From Methanomassiliicoccaceae archaeon (GTDB lineage Archaea > Thermoplasmatota > Thermoplasmata > Methanomassiliicoccales > Methanomethylophilaceae): a DNA stretch of 64,000 bases. Below, in pieces: positions 9,115 through 17,775 of this stretch. The first letter of the stretch is position 1. Each line of letters opens with the position of its first letter. The translations under genes and the position numbers were made by a program. Location of the stretch: NCBI GenBank assembly GCA_003550345.1, contig PUJZ01000027.1, positions 15,134 to 79,133 on the forward strand. The letters run 5' to 3'. The notes below the pieces were generated by a model. It was not told the DNA's origin and did no database searches. It saw only the letters and a list, made by a program, of their open reading frames with translations.

Positions 9115-9744
9115 ATGGAAAGCTGCCGCATGGAGATCGTCTTCCTGGACCCCGTGACCTACACCTCCATATCCGACCATGGCATGAGGCAGGACATCCT
9201 GGTGGAGCTCTTCCGCTCGGCGTACCATTCGCCGGTGACCAAGCAGTCCATCGCGGACTCGCTGGGCATCAAGTACCCTCAGCTCGTCTACCAGCTGAAC
9301 AACCACCTGCGCGAGTTCTGGGAGGTCAAGGGGGAGGAGAAGGTGCGCGGCACCCGCATGGAGTACATCGGGCCCAGGAACCGCAACGCCGTCTACCTGG
9401 CCATCGGCGCCGGCGGCAAGGCCTTCGTGGTGGACCCGTTGGCGAAGCTCTTCGGCCCGGTGGAGGAGGCGGGCCTGCGCTGCGACTCCTGCAGCCAGGA
9501 CGAGGCGGCATCGTGCATGCTCTCCCTCGGCGAAGGGATGAGGGAGGAGGCGGACGAGGGTGAGGGTCAGACGCTGGAGAGGAACGCCCGCTCGCCGCCG
9601 TGGAGGCCGTTGGACATGGCGCTGATCGCCGCCATGCGCCAGATGGCGGCCGGAGGGGTATGCTCGTTGTCGATCCCCTGCGAAAGCTGCCATTTCCTGC
9701 GCCGCCGCCGCATCCTCGTCCCCGAGGGCACGGGAAAGGAATAA
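9115..9744 (+). CDS. hypothetical protein, putative winged-helix DNA-binding N-terminus and Cys-rich C-terminus
   Basis: The ORF track starts at GTG 9064 inside the GNAT gene. ATG 9115 sits about 28 nt downstream of a TATA-like AAAATTTATTAAT (9081-9093), which fits a leaderless start. VTKQSIADSLGIKYPQLVYQLNNHL looks like an HTH. C-terminal CDSC...C...C..C. Confidence 0.45.
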   Translation: MESCRMEIVFLDPVTYTSISDHGMRQDILVELFRSAYHSPVTKQSIADSLGIKYPQLVYQLNNHLREFWEVKGEEKVRGTRMEYIGPRNRNAVYLAIGAGGKAFVVDPLAKLFGPVEEAGLRCDSCSQDEAASCMLSLGEGMREEADEGEGQTLERNARSPPWRPLDMALIAAMRQMAAGGVCSLSIPCESCHFLRRRRILVPEGTGKE

Positions 9745-9770
9745 TAGCACATTCCGCTCTCACCCTCCTC

Positions 9771-10859
9771 ATGAGCGTCAACGGAGCAGCGACGCGCTTC
9801 CTGATCCTCGGCGGGTTCCTGGGAGCGGGGAAGACCACATTGGCCGTGAACCTGGCCAAGGCCATGAAGGAGGCCCACGGCAAGTCTGTCGCCATCATCA
9901 CCAACGACCAGGGCGACGTGCTGGTGGACACCGAGTACACCAAGGACTCCGGCTTCGACGTGCAGGAGGTCCTGGGGGGCTGCTTCTGCGCCAACTTCGA
10001 CGAGTTCGTGCACAACGCCCGCTCCCTGGTCTCCATGGGCAGGCCGGACGTGATCATCGCCGAGCCCATCGGGACCTCCACCAACATACTCGCCTCGGTG
10101 GTGGCTCCGCTTAAGACCCTCTACCCGGAAGAGTTCGACGTGGCGCCGCTCTGCGTGGTGGTCGACTGCCTTCGGGCGCTTCAGAACATCGAGGAGGGCG
10201 GCAGGGAGGGGATGATCCCCTCCCATCAGATGCGGGAGGCGGAGGTGGTCATCCTCTCCAAGGCCGACAGGGTGAGGGGCGACCAGCTGGAGCGGATCAA
10301 GGAGGAGCTTATGAGGCAGGTCCCGGAGGCGGAGCTCATCGACACCTCGTCGCTCGACCTGCGTAACCTGCCGTCGTTGATCGGCATGGTGCTCTCCGAG
10401 CGCCGCAGCGAGAAGCTGCCCGTCAACGACCCCAACCAGAACTTCGCCTTCGAGAAGGCCAGGCTGGGATGGTATTCCAGCACATATCTGGTCTCCAGCG
10501 AGGACAGGGTCGACATGTACGCCCTCATCACCGAGACCATAAGGGCGGTGGCCGCCGAGTACGACCCCCGTTCGATCGCCCACGTGAAGATGGTGCTGAG
10601 CTCAGAGGAGGCCGCCGCCAAGATGTCCCTTGTCCAGGACTCCATGCAGGTGGACGGCATACATGGGTCGCGCTACTTCCGCGGGCAGGGGAGGCTGGTG
10701 CTGAACGCGCGGGTGGAGTCGCCGCCGGTGCGCTTGGAGAGCGTTATGAGGAAGGTCGTGTCGGAGGCCGCGGGACGGCACTCGCTGCGCCTGGAGAGGG
10801 AGAGCGAGTCCTGCTTCTCCCCCCGCCCGGAGTCCCCCAGCCATTACCTGTTCGAATGA
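9771..10859 (+). CDS. G3E-family P-loop GTPase (CobW/HypB/UreG-like metallochaperone family)
   Basis: Walker A GGFLGAGKTT, GGCFC metal-motif position, EPIGTS, SKAD (NKxD-like). Trimmed from ORF 9600 to ATG 9771 (MSVNGAATRF). Confidence 0.7.
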   Translation: MSVNGAATRFLILGGFLGAGKTTLAVNLAKAMKEAHGKSVAIITNDQGDVLVDTEYTKDSGFDVQEVLGGCFCANFDEFVHNARSLVSMGRPDVIIAEPIGTSTNILASVVAPLKTLYPEEFDVAPLCVVVDCLRALQNIEEGGREGMIPSHQMREAEVVILSKADRVRGDQLERIKEELMRQVPEAELIDTSSLDLRNLPSLIGMVLSERRSEKLPVNDPNQNFAFEKARLGWYSSTYLVSSEDRVDMYALITETIRAVAAEYDPRSIAHVKMVLSSEEAAAKMSLVQDSMQVDGIHGSRYFRGQGRLVLNARVESPPVRLESVMRKVVSEAAGRHSLRLERESESCFSPRPESPSHYLFE

Positions 10860-10999
10860 TCGGGCGCACCGTCCTTTTGTCCAGTCAAACCCCTAATATC
10901 TGGGCAAATGTCGCCCCCCCTTATCTAAGCTAGCAAAAAAAAGCACTATTCTTAATATATGCTTTTTACAATCACCCATGCGATATTCGGAGGGCAGAC

Positions 11000-12604
11000 A
11001 TGTTTTGCATTGAGAATTCTAGATCGACCACCGGTACCAGCACCAGGGTCAAGGATATAGCGTCAATAAACGGGATGTGCCCCCTCTGCCTGGAGAGGTG
11101 CAACGTCCTCTGCGAGGTGGGCAAGTCCGCTTTCCGCGGCAGGGAGGTGCTCTATCCCAGCCCCGAGCACTTCGGCCGCAGCACGGCGGGCTCCAACAAG
11201 AACTACTACCTCGACTGGTCGCATTTCCAGATAATGGCAGAGCTGATGGAGGCCAAGGGCATCGAGTCCGACCCCGACCTGGCCTTCTTCGAGAACGCCG
11301 ACGTGTCCACCGTGGTGGGGGGGCGCTCGAAGAGGCCCATCAAGATGAAGCTGCCGGTGCACATCGCCGGCATGGGCTCCACCGCTGTCGCCAAGCGGCA
11401 CTGGGAGGGCATGGCCAAAGGCGCCGCCATCAGCGGCGTCATACACGTCATCGGCGAGAACATCTGCGGCATGGACAAGGACGCGGTCTACTCCAACGGA
11501 GATGTGCAGCGCTCCCCGGACCTCGAGTTCCGCGTCAACTCTTTCAACGAGCTTTGGGACGGCGAGCACGGACGGATCGTACTCCAGACCAACATCGAGG
11601 ACGGACGCGCCAACGTGGAGGACTACGCCATGTCCAAGCTGGAGGTGGACGCTCTGGAGAGGAAATGGGGCCAGGGCGCCAAGGCCATCGGCGGCGAGGT
11701 GCGCATTAGCAGCCTGGAGAGGGCCTTGGAGCTCAAGGGCCGCGGCTACCTGGTGCTCCCCGACCCCGAGGACCCCAAGGTGCAGCAGGCCTTCAACGAC
11801 GGCCTGTTCCGCAGCTTCGAGCGTCACAGCCGGGTGGGCTTCCCCACCATGGAGGGCTTCCTGGAGGAGTGCGACACCTTCCGCCAGAAGGGGGCCAAGA
11901 ACATATTCCTCAAGACCGGGGCCTACCGCCCCGAGGTGGTGGCCTTCACCATGGCCGCCGCCTCCGAGGCCAAGATAGACCTGCTGACCTTCGACGGTGC
12001 CGGCGGCGGCACAGGCATGAGCCCGGTGCCGATGATGAACGAGATGGGCACCCCCACGATCCACCTGATCGCCGAGGTCATGAAGTGCGCCGAGATCCTG
12101 AAGGCGAAGGGGAGGTTCGTCCCCGACCTGTCGTTCGCGGGCGGCTTCCTCAACGAGGCGCAGATGTACAAGGCGATGGCCTGGAGCGATCTGGGCGACG
12201 GCCCGTTGGTAAAGTCGATAGCCATGGCGCGCAGCCCGCTGCTGGCGGTGATGAAGAGCCGTTTCTTCACCGAGCTGGCGGAGCAGAACAAGCTCCCCAC
12301 CGGGTTCCAGGCGCTCTACGGCAGCGACCCCCATCAGTTCTTCATCGCCCAGGAGGAGCTTCAGGACCGCTTCCCCGACCACAAGGTGGGCGAGGACATC
12401 CCCTGGGGCGCGGTGGGACTCTACACCTACTTCAGCGAGCGCACCGTGGAGGGGCTCAAGCAGCTGATGGCGGGGACGCGCAAGTTCCGCCTGGACTGCA
12501 TCGAGAGGGGAGACCTCAACACCCTGACCGAGTACGCGGCCAAGGTCAGCGGCATCGAGACCATCGACCAGCGCGCGGCGCGGGTGATGGAGAGCCTGCT
12601 TTAA
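11000..12604 (+). CDS. glutamate synthase-related FMN-binding (GltB domain 2-like) protein, stand-alone
   Basis: KWGQGAKAIGGEV and DLLTFDGAGGGTGMSP match the GltS FMN-domain motifs. It has an N-terminal CPLCLERCNVLC cluster and lacks the C-terminal CxxCxxC(x4)C seen in the operon copy. Confidence 0.7.
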   Translation: MFCIENSRSTTGTSTRVKDIASINGMCPLCLERCNVLCEVGKSAFRGREVLYPSPEHFGRSTAGSNKNYYLDWSHFQIMAELMEAKGIESDPDLAFFENADVSTVVGGRSKRPIKMKLPVHIAGMGSTAVAKRHWEGMAKGAAISGVIHVIGENICGMDKDAVYSNGDVQRSPDLEFRVNSFNELWDGEHGRIVLQTNIEDGRANVEDYAMSKLEVDALERKWGQGAKAIGGEVRISSLERALELKGRGYLVLPDPEDPKVQQAFNDGLFRSFERHSRVGFPTMEGFLEECDTFRQKGAKNIFLKTGAYRPEVVAFTMAAASEAKIDLLTFDGAGGGTGMSPVPMMNEMGTPTIHLIAEVMKCAEILKAKGRFVPDLSFAGGFLNEAQMYKAMAWSDLGDGPLVKSIAMARSPLLAVMKSRFFTELAEQNKLPTGFQALYGSDPHQFFIAQEELQDRFPDHKVGEDIPWGAVGLYTYFSERTVEGLKQLMAGTRKFRLDCIERGDLNTLTEYAAKVSGIETIDQRAARVMESLL

Positions 12605-12634
12605 GGGGCGCCGCCCCACCCTTACCTTTTATTT
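12605..12634 (+). terminator. candidate terminator (short GC hairpin plus TTTTATTT)
   Basis: GGGGCGCCGCCCC followed by CTTACCTTTTATTT directly after the stop at 12604. Oligo-T tracts act as archaeal terminators. Confidence 0.3.
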
Positions 12635-12648
12635 CCCTGGCAGCGCGC

Positions 12649-13425
12649 TCAGATGGTGGTGCTGTCGTAATGGCCGCGGAACGGCCGGCTGTCCAGGGGC
12701 ATCACCTTGCGCAGCGGCACGGTGCGGTCGACGGTGGCGGCGAAGGCCGCCTCGTACTGGGAAATCAGGTCCTCCGCCGCGGCGGCGTCCCTTTCGTCCA
12801 GCTCGGCCAGGCAGGCGCCGGGCCCCAGCTGGTGCCCCTCCAGCCCCCCCCGCACGAAGATCCTCCCCCCGTGCATGCCGGCGCCCACGTTCAGCCCCAC
12901 CGGGGATTCCGGGCAGTTAATCCCCATCACCAGTATGGTCCCTCCCGCCATGTACTCGCCCAGATAGTCGTTGACGAATCCGCCGATGACCAGTGACGGG
13001 CCGCTGCCCTCGAACTCCTTGATGTGTATGCCCACCCGGTAGCCGCTGTTGCCCTTCACCAGCAGGGTGCCGCCCCGCGCCGCCAGGCCGGTGATGTCCC
13101 CGGAGTTGCCGTGGACCACTATCCTGCCTTCGTTCATGGTGTTGGCGGTGACGTCCTGGGCGTTGCCGAAGACCTCCAAGGTGCCGCCGTTCAGGAAGGC
13201 CCCCAGGTCGTTGCCGGGGGTGCCGTGGATCTCGATGCGCATCCCCGGGCTCCCGGTGGCGGAGGCGATGTAGCGCTGGCCCATCACATTCATCAGCACG
13301 ATGCGTTCCTGGCCCTCGCTCAGCGCCTTGCGTATCCGGCGGTTGAGCTCACGGTAGTCCAGCGGGTGGCCCAGCTGGTTGCGCTCGCCGGCGTCGATGA
13401 CCACGGTGCTGTTGTCGTCCTTCAT
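12649..13425 (-). CDS. glutamate synthase, C-terminal GXGXG (domain 3) subunit
   Basis: Repeated beta-helix GxxGxxxG pattern (HGTPGNDLGAFLNGGTLEVFGNAQD...VHGNSGD...VKGNSGYRVG). ATG 13425 overlaps the upstream stop (ATGA). Confidence 0.85.
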   Translation of the reverse strand: MKDDNSTVVIDAGERNQLGHPLDYRELNRRIRKALSEGQERIVLMNVMGQRYIASATGSPGMRIEIHGTPGNDLGAFLNGGTLEVFGNAQDVTANTMNEGRIVVHGNSGDITGLAARGGTLLVKGNSGYRVGIHIKEFEGSGPSLVIGGFVNDYLGEYMAGGTILVMGINCPESPVGLNVGAGMHGGRIFVRGGLEGHQLGPGACLAELDERDAAAAEDLISQYEAAFAATVDRTVPLRKVMPLDSRPFRGHYDSTTI

Positions 13426-14936
13426 CCCCATCCCTCCCCGGAGTGCTTGACGTCGAGTATCTCGGCGATGCGGGGGTTGGGGCCGATGTAGCGCAGCCGG
13501 TCCCGGTTCCCCACCAGGCTCTCCACCGAGTCGATGCCCATGGCCCCCATTATCTCCTTCAGCTCCTCGTTCCAGGCGTGGAACATGTTGATCACCCGCT
13601 GGGCGGCAACCTCGGTGTCCAGACGGTTCGCCAGCTCCGGTATCTGGGTGGCTATCCCCCAGCTGCAGGCGCCGCGGTGGCACTGCTGGCAGACGGTGCA
13701 TCCCATGGCGACCATCGCCGAGGTGCAGACCCCGACCACGTCCGCGCCGAGGGCGATGCACTTGATCATGTCGGCGGCGGTGCGTATGCTGCCGGAGGCG
13801 CAGAGGGTCACCTTGTCCCTCAGCCCCTCCTCCTGCAAGCGCTGGTCAACGGCGGACACCGCTATCTCTATCGGCATCCCCGCATGGTCCCTGATGACCC
13901 GCGGGGCGGATCCGGTGCCGCCGCGCAGCCCGTCGATGGTGAGGAAGTCCGCGCCGGCGCGGACGATGCCCGAGGCGATGGCGCCGACGTTGTGGACCGC
14001 GGCTATCTTCACGCCCACCGGCACTCGGTACTCGGTGGACTCCTTCAGCACCGATATCAGCTGCTGCAGGTCCTCGATGCTGTAGATGTCGTGATGGGGG
14101 TAGGGGGAGAGGGCGTCCGTCCCCAGGGGGATCATGCGCGTCTCCGATATCAGCTTCTGGACCTTCTCCCCGGGCAGGTGGCCGCCATGGCCGGGCTTGG
14201 CGCCCTGGCCTATCTTGATGTCCACGCAGGAGACCTCCTTCAGGTATTGGCTGGTGACGCCGAACCTGCCGCTGGCCACCTCGGCGCAGAGGTTCTTCGA
14301 ATGGCAATAGAAATCGTTGTGGAGGCCGCCCTCGCCGGTGCCGGCGAGTATGTTGAGCTCGGTGGCGGCGCGGAACAGCGCCGCCTGGGCGTTGTAGCTA
14401 ATCGAGCCCAGCGATATGTGCCCGATCATTATCGGCATGTCCATGACCACAATGGGCGTCTCGCTGGCATCGAGGTCTATCTTCCCGTCCTCATCGACCA
14501 CCACCTTGCCGGGCCTCCGGCCCAGATAGGTCTTGGTCTCCACCGGCTCCCGCAGCGGATCGATGGAGGGGTTGGTGACCTGGGCCGCGTCGAGCAGTAT
14601 GTCGTTGAATATGTCCATGTACTCGGCGTTGGCCCCGCAGGAGGAGAGCAGCACCCCGCCGGAGTTGGCCTGGGCCATGATGCTCCGCCGAATCTCGGGG
14701 CTGAATACCGCATGGGGGGCGTAGGAGCTGGGCCTCTCCACCACGGTGATGGCGGACGTGGGGCAGTCGATGACGCAGCGCAGGCAGGAGACGCAGCCAT
14801 CCTTCACCCTCACCTTGTCGTCCTTGAACTCCAGCGCGTTGTACGAGCATGACTTGATGCAGCGCTTGCAGCGGATGCAGGCCTCCCGGTCTATCAGGGG
14901 GAGGTACTTCTCGGGCACCTTGATGACGGTCCTCAT
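13422..14936 (-). CDS. glutamate synthase FMN/[Fe-S] subunit with N-terminal ferredoxin domain (archaeal type)
   Basis: CIRCKRCIKSC and CVSCLRCVIDCP at the N-terminus. IKIGQGAKPGHGGHLPG, TIDGLRGGTGSAP, CTVCQQCHRGAC. Trimmed to ATG 14936 (MRTVIKV), overlapping the upstream stop by 1 nt. Confidence 0.9.
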   Translation of the reverse strand: MRTVIKVPEKYLPLIDREACIRCKRCIKSCSYNALEFKDDKVRVKDGCVSCLRCVIDCPTSAITVVERPSSYAPHAVFSPEIRRSIMAQANSGGVLLSSCGANAEYMDIFNDILLDAAQVTNPSIDPLREPVETKTYLGRRPGKVVVDEDGKIDLDASETPIVVMDMPIMIGHISLGSISYNAQAALFRAATELNILAGTGEGGLHNDFYCHSKNLCAEVASGRFGVTSQYLKEVSCVDIKIGQGAKPGHGGHLPGEKVQKLISETRMIPLGTDALSPYPHHDIYSIEDLQQLISVLKESTEYRVPVGVKIAAVHNVGAIASGIVRAGADFLTIDGLRGGTGSAPRVIRDHAGMPIEIAVSAVDQRLQEEGLRDKVTLCASGSIRTAADMIKCIALGADVVGVCTSAMVAMGCTVCQQCHRGACSWGIATQIPELANRLDTEVAAQRVINMFHAWNEELKEIMGAMGIDSVESLVGNRDRLRYIGPNPRIAEILDVKHSGEGWG

Positions 14937-16162
14937 CAGATCGCCCCCAGGAACGGCGCTTCGGTGCCGCGTCTGACTATCCCCTCGCCCAACTTGACCA
15001 CCGCCGGGTTGCCCGCTCGGGTGGCCCATATCTGCGCGTCGTACTGAACCGACTTGATGGCGCACTCCTCGCTGGCGGCGTAGACCGAGTTCCCGTCCTC
15101 CGACTCCCCCATCACCAGGGGGCGGAGCTTCTTGCGGTCCGCCAGCGCTATCATCGTGACCGGGTCGCTCCTTCCCACCAGTATGCTGAACGGGCCGTTG
15201 AGGAAGGCCTCCTTGTAGGTTATGCGCAGCTGGTTGGCCAGCCGGCGCTCGTCCTCGGGCAGCCTCTCGATGTCCCGGTAGTACCAGGGGGCCATGGCGA
15301 AGGCGGTGGCGGTCACAGGCAGCCGGTGGCGGCGCACCATGAGGTCCCAGAGGTAGGTGACCACCTCGGAGTCGGTGAGCAGGGTGCACTTGTAGCCGGC
15401 CATCTCCACCAGCTTGCGGTTGACGCCGTAGGAGGTTATCTCGCCATTGTGGCAGACGCTCCAGTCCAATATGCTGATGGGGTGCGAGCCCGCCCACCAG
15501 CCGGGGGAGTTGGTGGGGAAGCGGGAGTGGGACAGCCACATGCAGCCCTTGTAGCGCGAGATGTTGTAGAACTTGGCTATCTCGCGCGCATAGCCGGAGC
15601 CCTTGAACACCGCCATGTCCTTGCCGCTGGAGACGCAGTAAGAGCCGGGCACCGATTCGTTTATGGACATCACCAGGCGGACCATGTAGTCCTCCTCGCT
15701 CAGTCCGGTGCGCACATAGGCCTCGGTGCCGGTCTTGGGGCGCACGAAGTAACGCCAAACCAGAGGGAAAGGCGGGCTCATCCCCGACTGGGGGAAGGTG
15801 GGCACCTTCTCGTCCTTGATCATGTAGACCCATTCGGAGAGCGTCTCCTCGGTGAGGGCCTGGGACTCCTCGTTCTCGAAGAGGAACTGCATGCAGTACT
15901 CATCGGCGAAGTCGGGGAAGAGGCCGTATGCCACGAAGCCGGAGCCCAGGCCGTTCTCCCTCTCCGACATGGTGGTTATCATCTTCTCTATCTTGGACCC
16001 GGAGATCAGCGAGCCGTCGATGTTCATGCACCCGGCGATGCCGCAGCTCCCGTGACGGGGCTTGTGCCTTTCAGGTATGTCGACGAGGTAGCTGCGCTCG
16101 GAGAAGCTGCGGGGGGCCGCGGGTCCGCGTGGCGACGCCGTTCGCGTATCGTGTTGGTACAT
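14936..16162 (-). CDS. glutamate synthase glutamine amidotransferase (class II, domain 1) subunit
   Basis: HGSCGIAGCMN carries the Ntn-type catalytic Cys. HSRFPTNSPGWWAGSHP and CHNGEITSYGVN match class II GATase motifs. Confidence 0.88.
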   Translation of the reverse strand: MYQHDTRTASPRGPAAPRSFSERSYLVDIPERHKPRHGSCGIAGCMNIDGSLISGSKIEKMITTMSERENGLGSGFVAYGLFPDFADEYCMQFLFENEESQALTEETLSEWVYMIKDEKVPTFPQSGMSPPFPLVWRYFVRPKTGTEAYVRTGLSEEDYMVRLVMSINESVPGSYCVSSGKDMAVFKGSGYAREIAKFYNISRYKGCMWLSHSRFPTNSPGWWAGSHPISILDWSVCHNGEITSYGVNRKLVEMAGYKCTLLTDSEVVTYLWDLMVRRHRLPVTATAFAMAPWYYRDIERLPEDERRLANQLRITYKEAFLNGPFSILVGRSDPVTMIALADRKKLRPLVMGESEDGNSVYAASEECAIKSVQYDAQIWATRAGNPAVVKLGEGIVRRGTEAPFLGAI

Positions 16163-16190
16163 GTGATCGAGACCTCACTGCCGGGCGGGA

Positions 16191-16202
16191 ACGTGTACAC
16201 GT
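16191..16202. promoter_or_regulatory. 12-bp perfect palindrome ACGTGTACACGT in the glutamate synthase leader/promoter
   Basis: Read directly. Lies 29-40 nt upstream of the GATase ATG (16162) and downstream of TATA-like GTTTAAAC / TTGATATA elements on the minus strand (16233-16258). Confidence 0.5.
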
Positions 16203-16265
16203 GCCGCTCGGTTCATGAGCACGAAACTTATGTCAGTATATCAAGTTTTTGTTTAAACATCTAAT

Positions 16266-16327
16266 ATTGATTCAATAATTAGACATATTGATAATTTATT
16301 GGAAAAAACAAGACATAGATTAGACAT
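16266..16327. promoter_or_regulatory. AT-rich block with inverted repeat ATTGA-T-TCAAT and three AGACAT direct repeats
   Basis: ATTGATTCAAT at 16266-16276. AGACAT at 16281, 16311 and 16322. Divergent spacer between the glutamate synthase operon and the METTL5-like gene. Confidence 0.4.
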
Positions 16328-16415
16328 TCGTGAAAGGCGCGATGCCATCGGGGCCCCGCAACACCGATAAGCCTTGAATATATGGGGGAGCATGGTATTT
16401 CATGGTGACTGAGGC

Positions 16416-17009
16416 ATGAGGCTGAGAGACCTGGAGATGGAGCTGCAGAGGGTCCCGCCGATAGCGGACCCCGACGCGGGGCTGGAGCAGTACTCCACCC
16501 CCGCCCCCATAGCGGCCGACATGCTCTACACCGCCCTGGGCCACGGGGCCATAGCCGGCAGGAGGGTCATAGACCTGGGCTGCGGCAGCGGCATACTCTC
16601 CATCGGCGCCTGGCTCCTGGGCGCGGAGAGCGTCCTCGGCATCGACTCGTCCCCGGCGGCGCTGTCGCAGGCGCAGAGGGCCTGCGAGAGTGCGGGGGCG
16701 GAGGTCGAGCTGCGCCTCGCGGACGTGGAGGAGGTCGACGCCGAGGGCGACACCGTGGTCATGAACCCGCCCTTCGGCTGTCAGAGCAGGAACGCCGACC
16801 GCGCCTTCCTCCGCAAGGCGATGGAGGTGGCGGACGTCTCCTACTCGCTGCACATGCAGAGCACCCTGCCGTTCCTGGAGGATTACGCGGCCAGCATGGG
16901 CCGGGAGCTGTGGTTCCACAAAGCATATAAATACGATATCCCTCACTTGTTCACGTTCCACAGCCGGTCCAAGAGGACCGTCGACATAGTCATGATATCC
17001 ATAAGGTGA
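16416..17009 (+). CDS. METTL5-family N6-adenine RNA methyltransferase (COG2263)
   Basis: LEQYSTP, VIDLGCGSGILSIG, VVMNPPFG (NPPF motif IV). Confidence 0.8.
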   Translation: MRLRDLEMELQRVPPIADPDAGLEQYSTPAPIAADMLYTALGHGAIAGRRVIDLGCGSGILSIGAWLLGAESVLGIDSSPAALSQAQRACESAGAEVELRLADVEEVDAEGDTVVMNPPFGCQSRNADRAFLRKAMEVADVSYSLHMQSTLPFLEDYAASMGRELWFHKAYKYDIPHLFTFHSRSKRTVDIVMISIR

Positions 17010-17015
17010 TTTGTT

Positions 17016-17576
17016 ATGAAGGAGAGCAGAATAGTGCTTCCGGGCGAAGAGGTCGCTGTCGAGGAGGAGTACCTCGCCGCCGAGGGCACGTACAACCAGG
17101 ACGGTGTGATCTACGCTTCCCAGTATGGGGAGTTGGTGCTCAACCGTGAGGAGATGACCGCCAAGGTGGTCTCCCCCAACCCCCCCAACATACTGAGGCC
17201 GGGGGACACCGTGTTCGCGGTGATAGCCGACACCAAGCCCACCATGGCCACCTGCGACGTGGTCGCCAAGGAGGGCGTGAAGAGGAACGTGGGCGGGGAG
17301 ACATACGGCACCATCCACGTCTCCAAGATATCGCCGGGATACACCGAGGATGTGAGCAAGGAGTTCCGCAAGGGCGACATAATCAGGGGCAAGGTCACAC
17401 AGACCAAGCCCTCGCTGCAGATAGTGACCGTCGACCCTCATCTGGGCGTGATACTGGCCCGTTGCGGCAAGTGCCGCGGGCCGTTGCAGCCCAAGGGCAA
17501 GGGGCTCTACTGCGACAGCTGCGAGCTGAACGTCAGCAGGAAGACGGCCGACGATTACGGCAAGGTCGTCGTCTGA
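17016..17576 (+). CDS. csl4: exosome complex RNA-binding protein Csl4
   Basis: VLPGEEV...EEY N-terminal domain, S1-like core (GDIIRGKV) and C-terminal zinc ribbon CGKC...CDSC. Confidence 0.82.
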   Translation: MKESRIVLPGEEVAVEEEYLAAEGTYNQDGVIYASQYGELVLNREEMTAKVVSPNPPNILRPGDTVFAVIADTKPTMATCDVVAKEGVKRNVGGETYGTIHVSKISPGYTEDVSKEFRKGDIIRGKVTQTKPSLQIVTVDPHLGVILARCGKCRGPLQPKGKGLYCDSCELNVSRKTADDYGKVVV

Positions 17577-17595
17577 GGGCAGGCGCGGAATCGAT

Positions 17596-17769
17596 ATGAC
17601 ATCGAACGAAGAGCTGATCAAGCAATTGAACGATCTCAGAGCGGAGATGCAGCAGATGAAGGAGATGGTCAGCATGCTCCTCTCCATGGTGGTGGAGATG
17701 GACGAGGACGATGAGGAGTACTGCGGCCCCACCATCGGCGGCATAGACGTGAGCCGGTTCAACAACTGA
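17596..17769 (+). CDS. small hypothetical protein (57 aa), predicted coiled coil with acidic tail
   Basis: Not in the ORF track (under 60 aa). Manual translation gives MTSNEELIKQLNDLRAEMQQMKEMVSMLLSMVVEMDEDDEEYCGPTIGGIDVSRFNN. GC3-rich codons. It exactly fills the csl4 / thiI-like gap. Confidence 0.4.
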   Translation: MTSNEELIKQLNDLRAEMQQMKEMVSMLLSMVVEMDEDDEEYCGPTIGGIDVSRFNN

Positions 17770-17775
17770 GGTGCG

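Noticed and set aside
11063-12619. 518-aa ORF antisense to the GltS-like FMN protein
   Set aside because: The plus-strand ORF carries the GltS FMN motifs and a proper promoter/SD. The antisense product has no recognisable features.
13422-15833. N-terminal extensions of ORF-track entries (for example 13422..15833, 1223..2173, 9600..10859, 41343..42836, 54798..56135, 60319..62571)
   Set aside because: The extensions overlap the upstream gene in another frame and are Arg/Gly/Pro-rich nonsense. I trimmed each to the internal start that coincides with the upstream stop or an SD, and with the beginning of the conserved domain.
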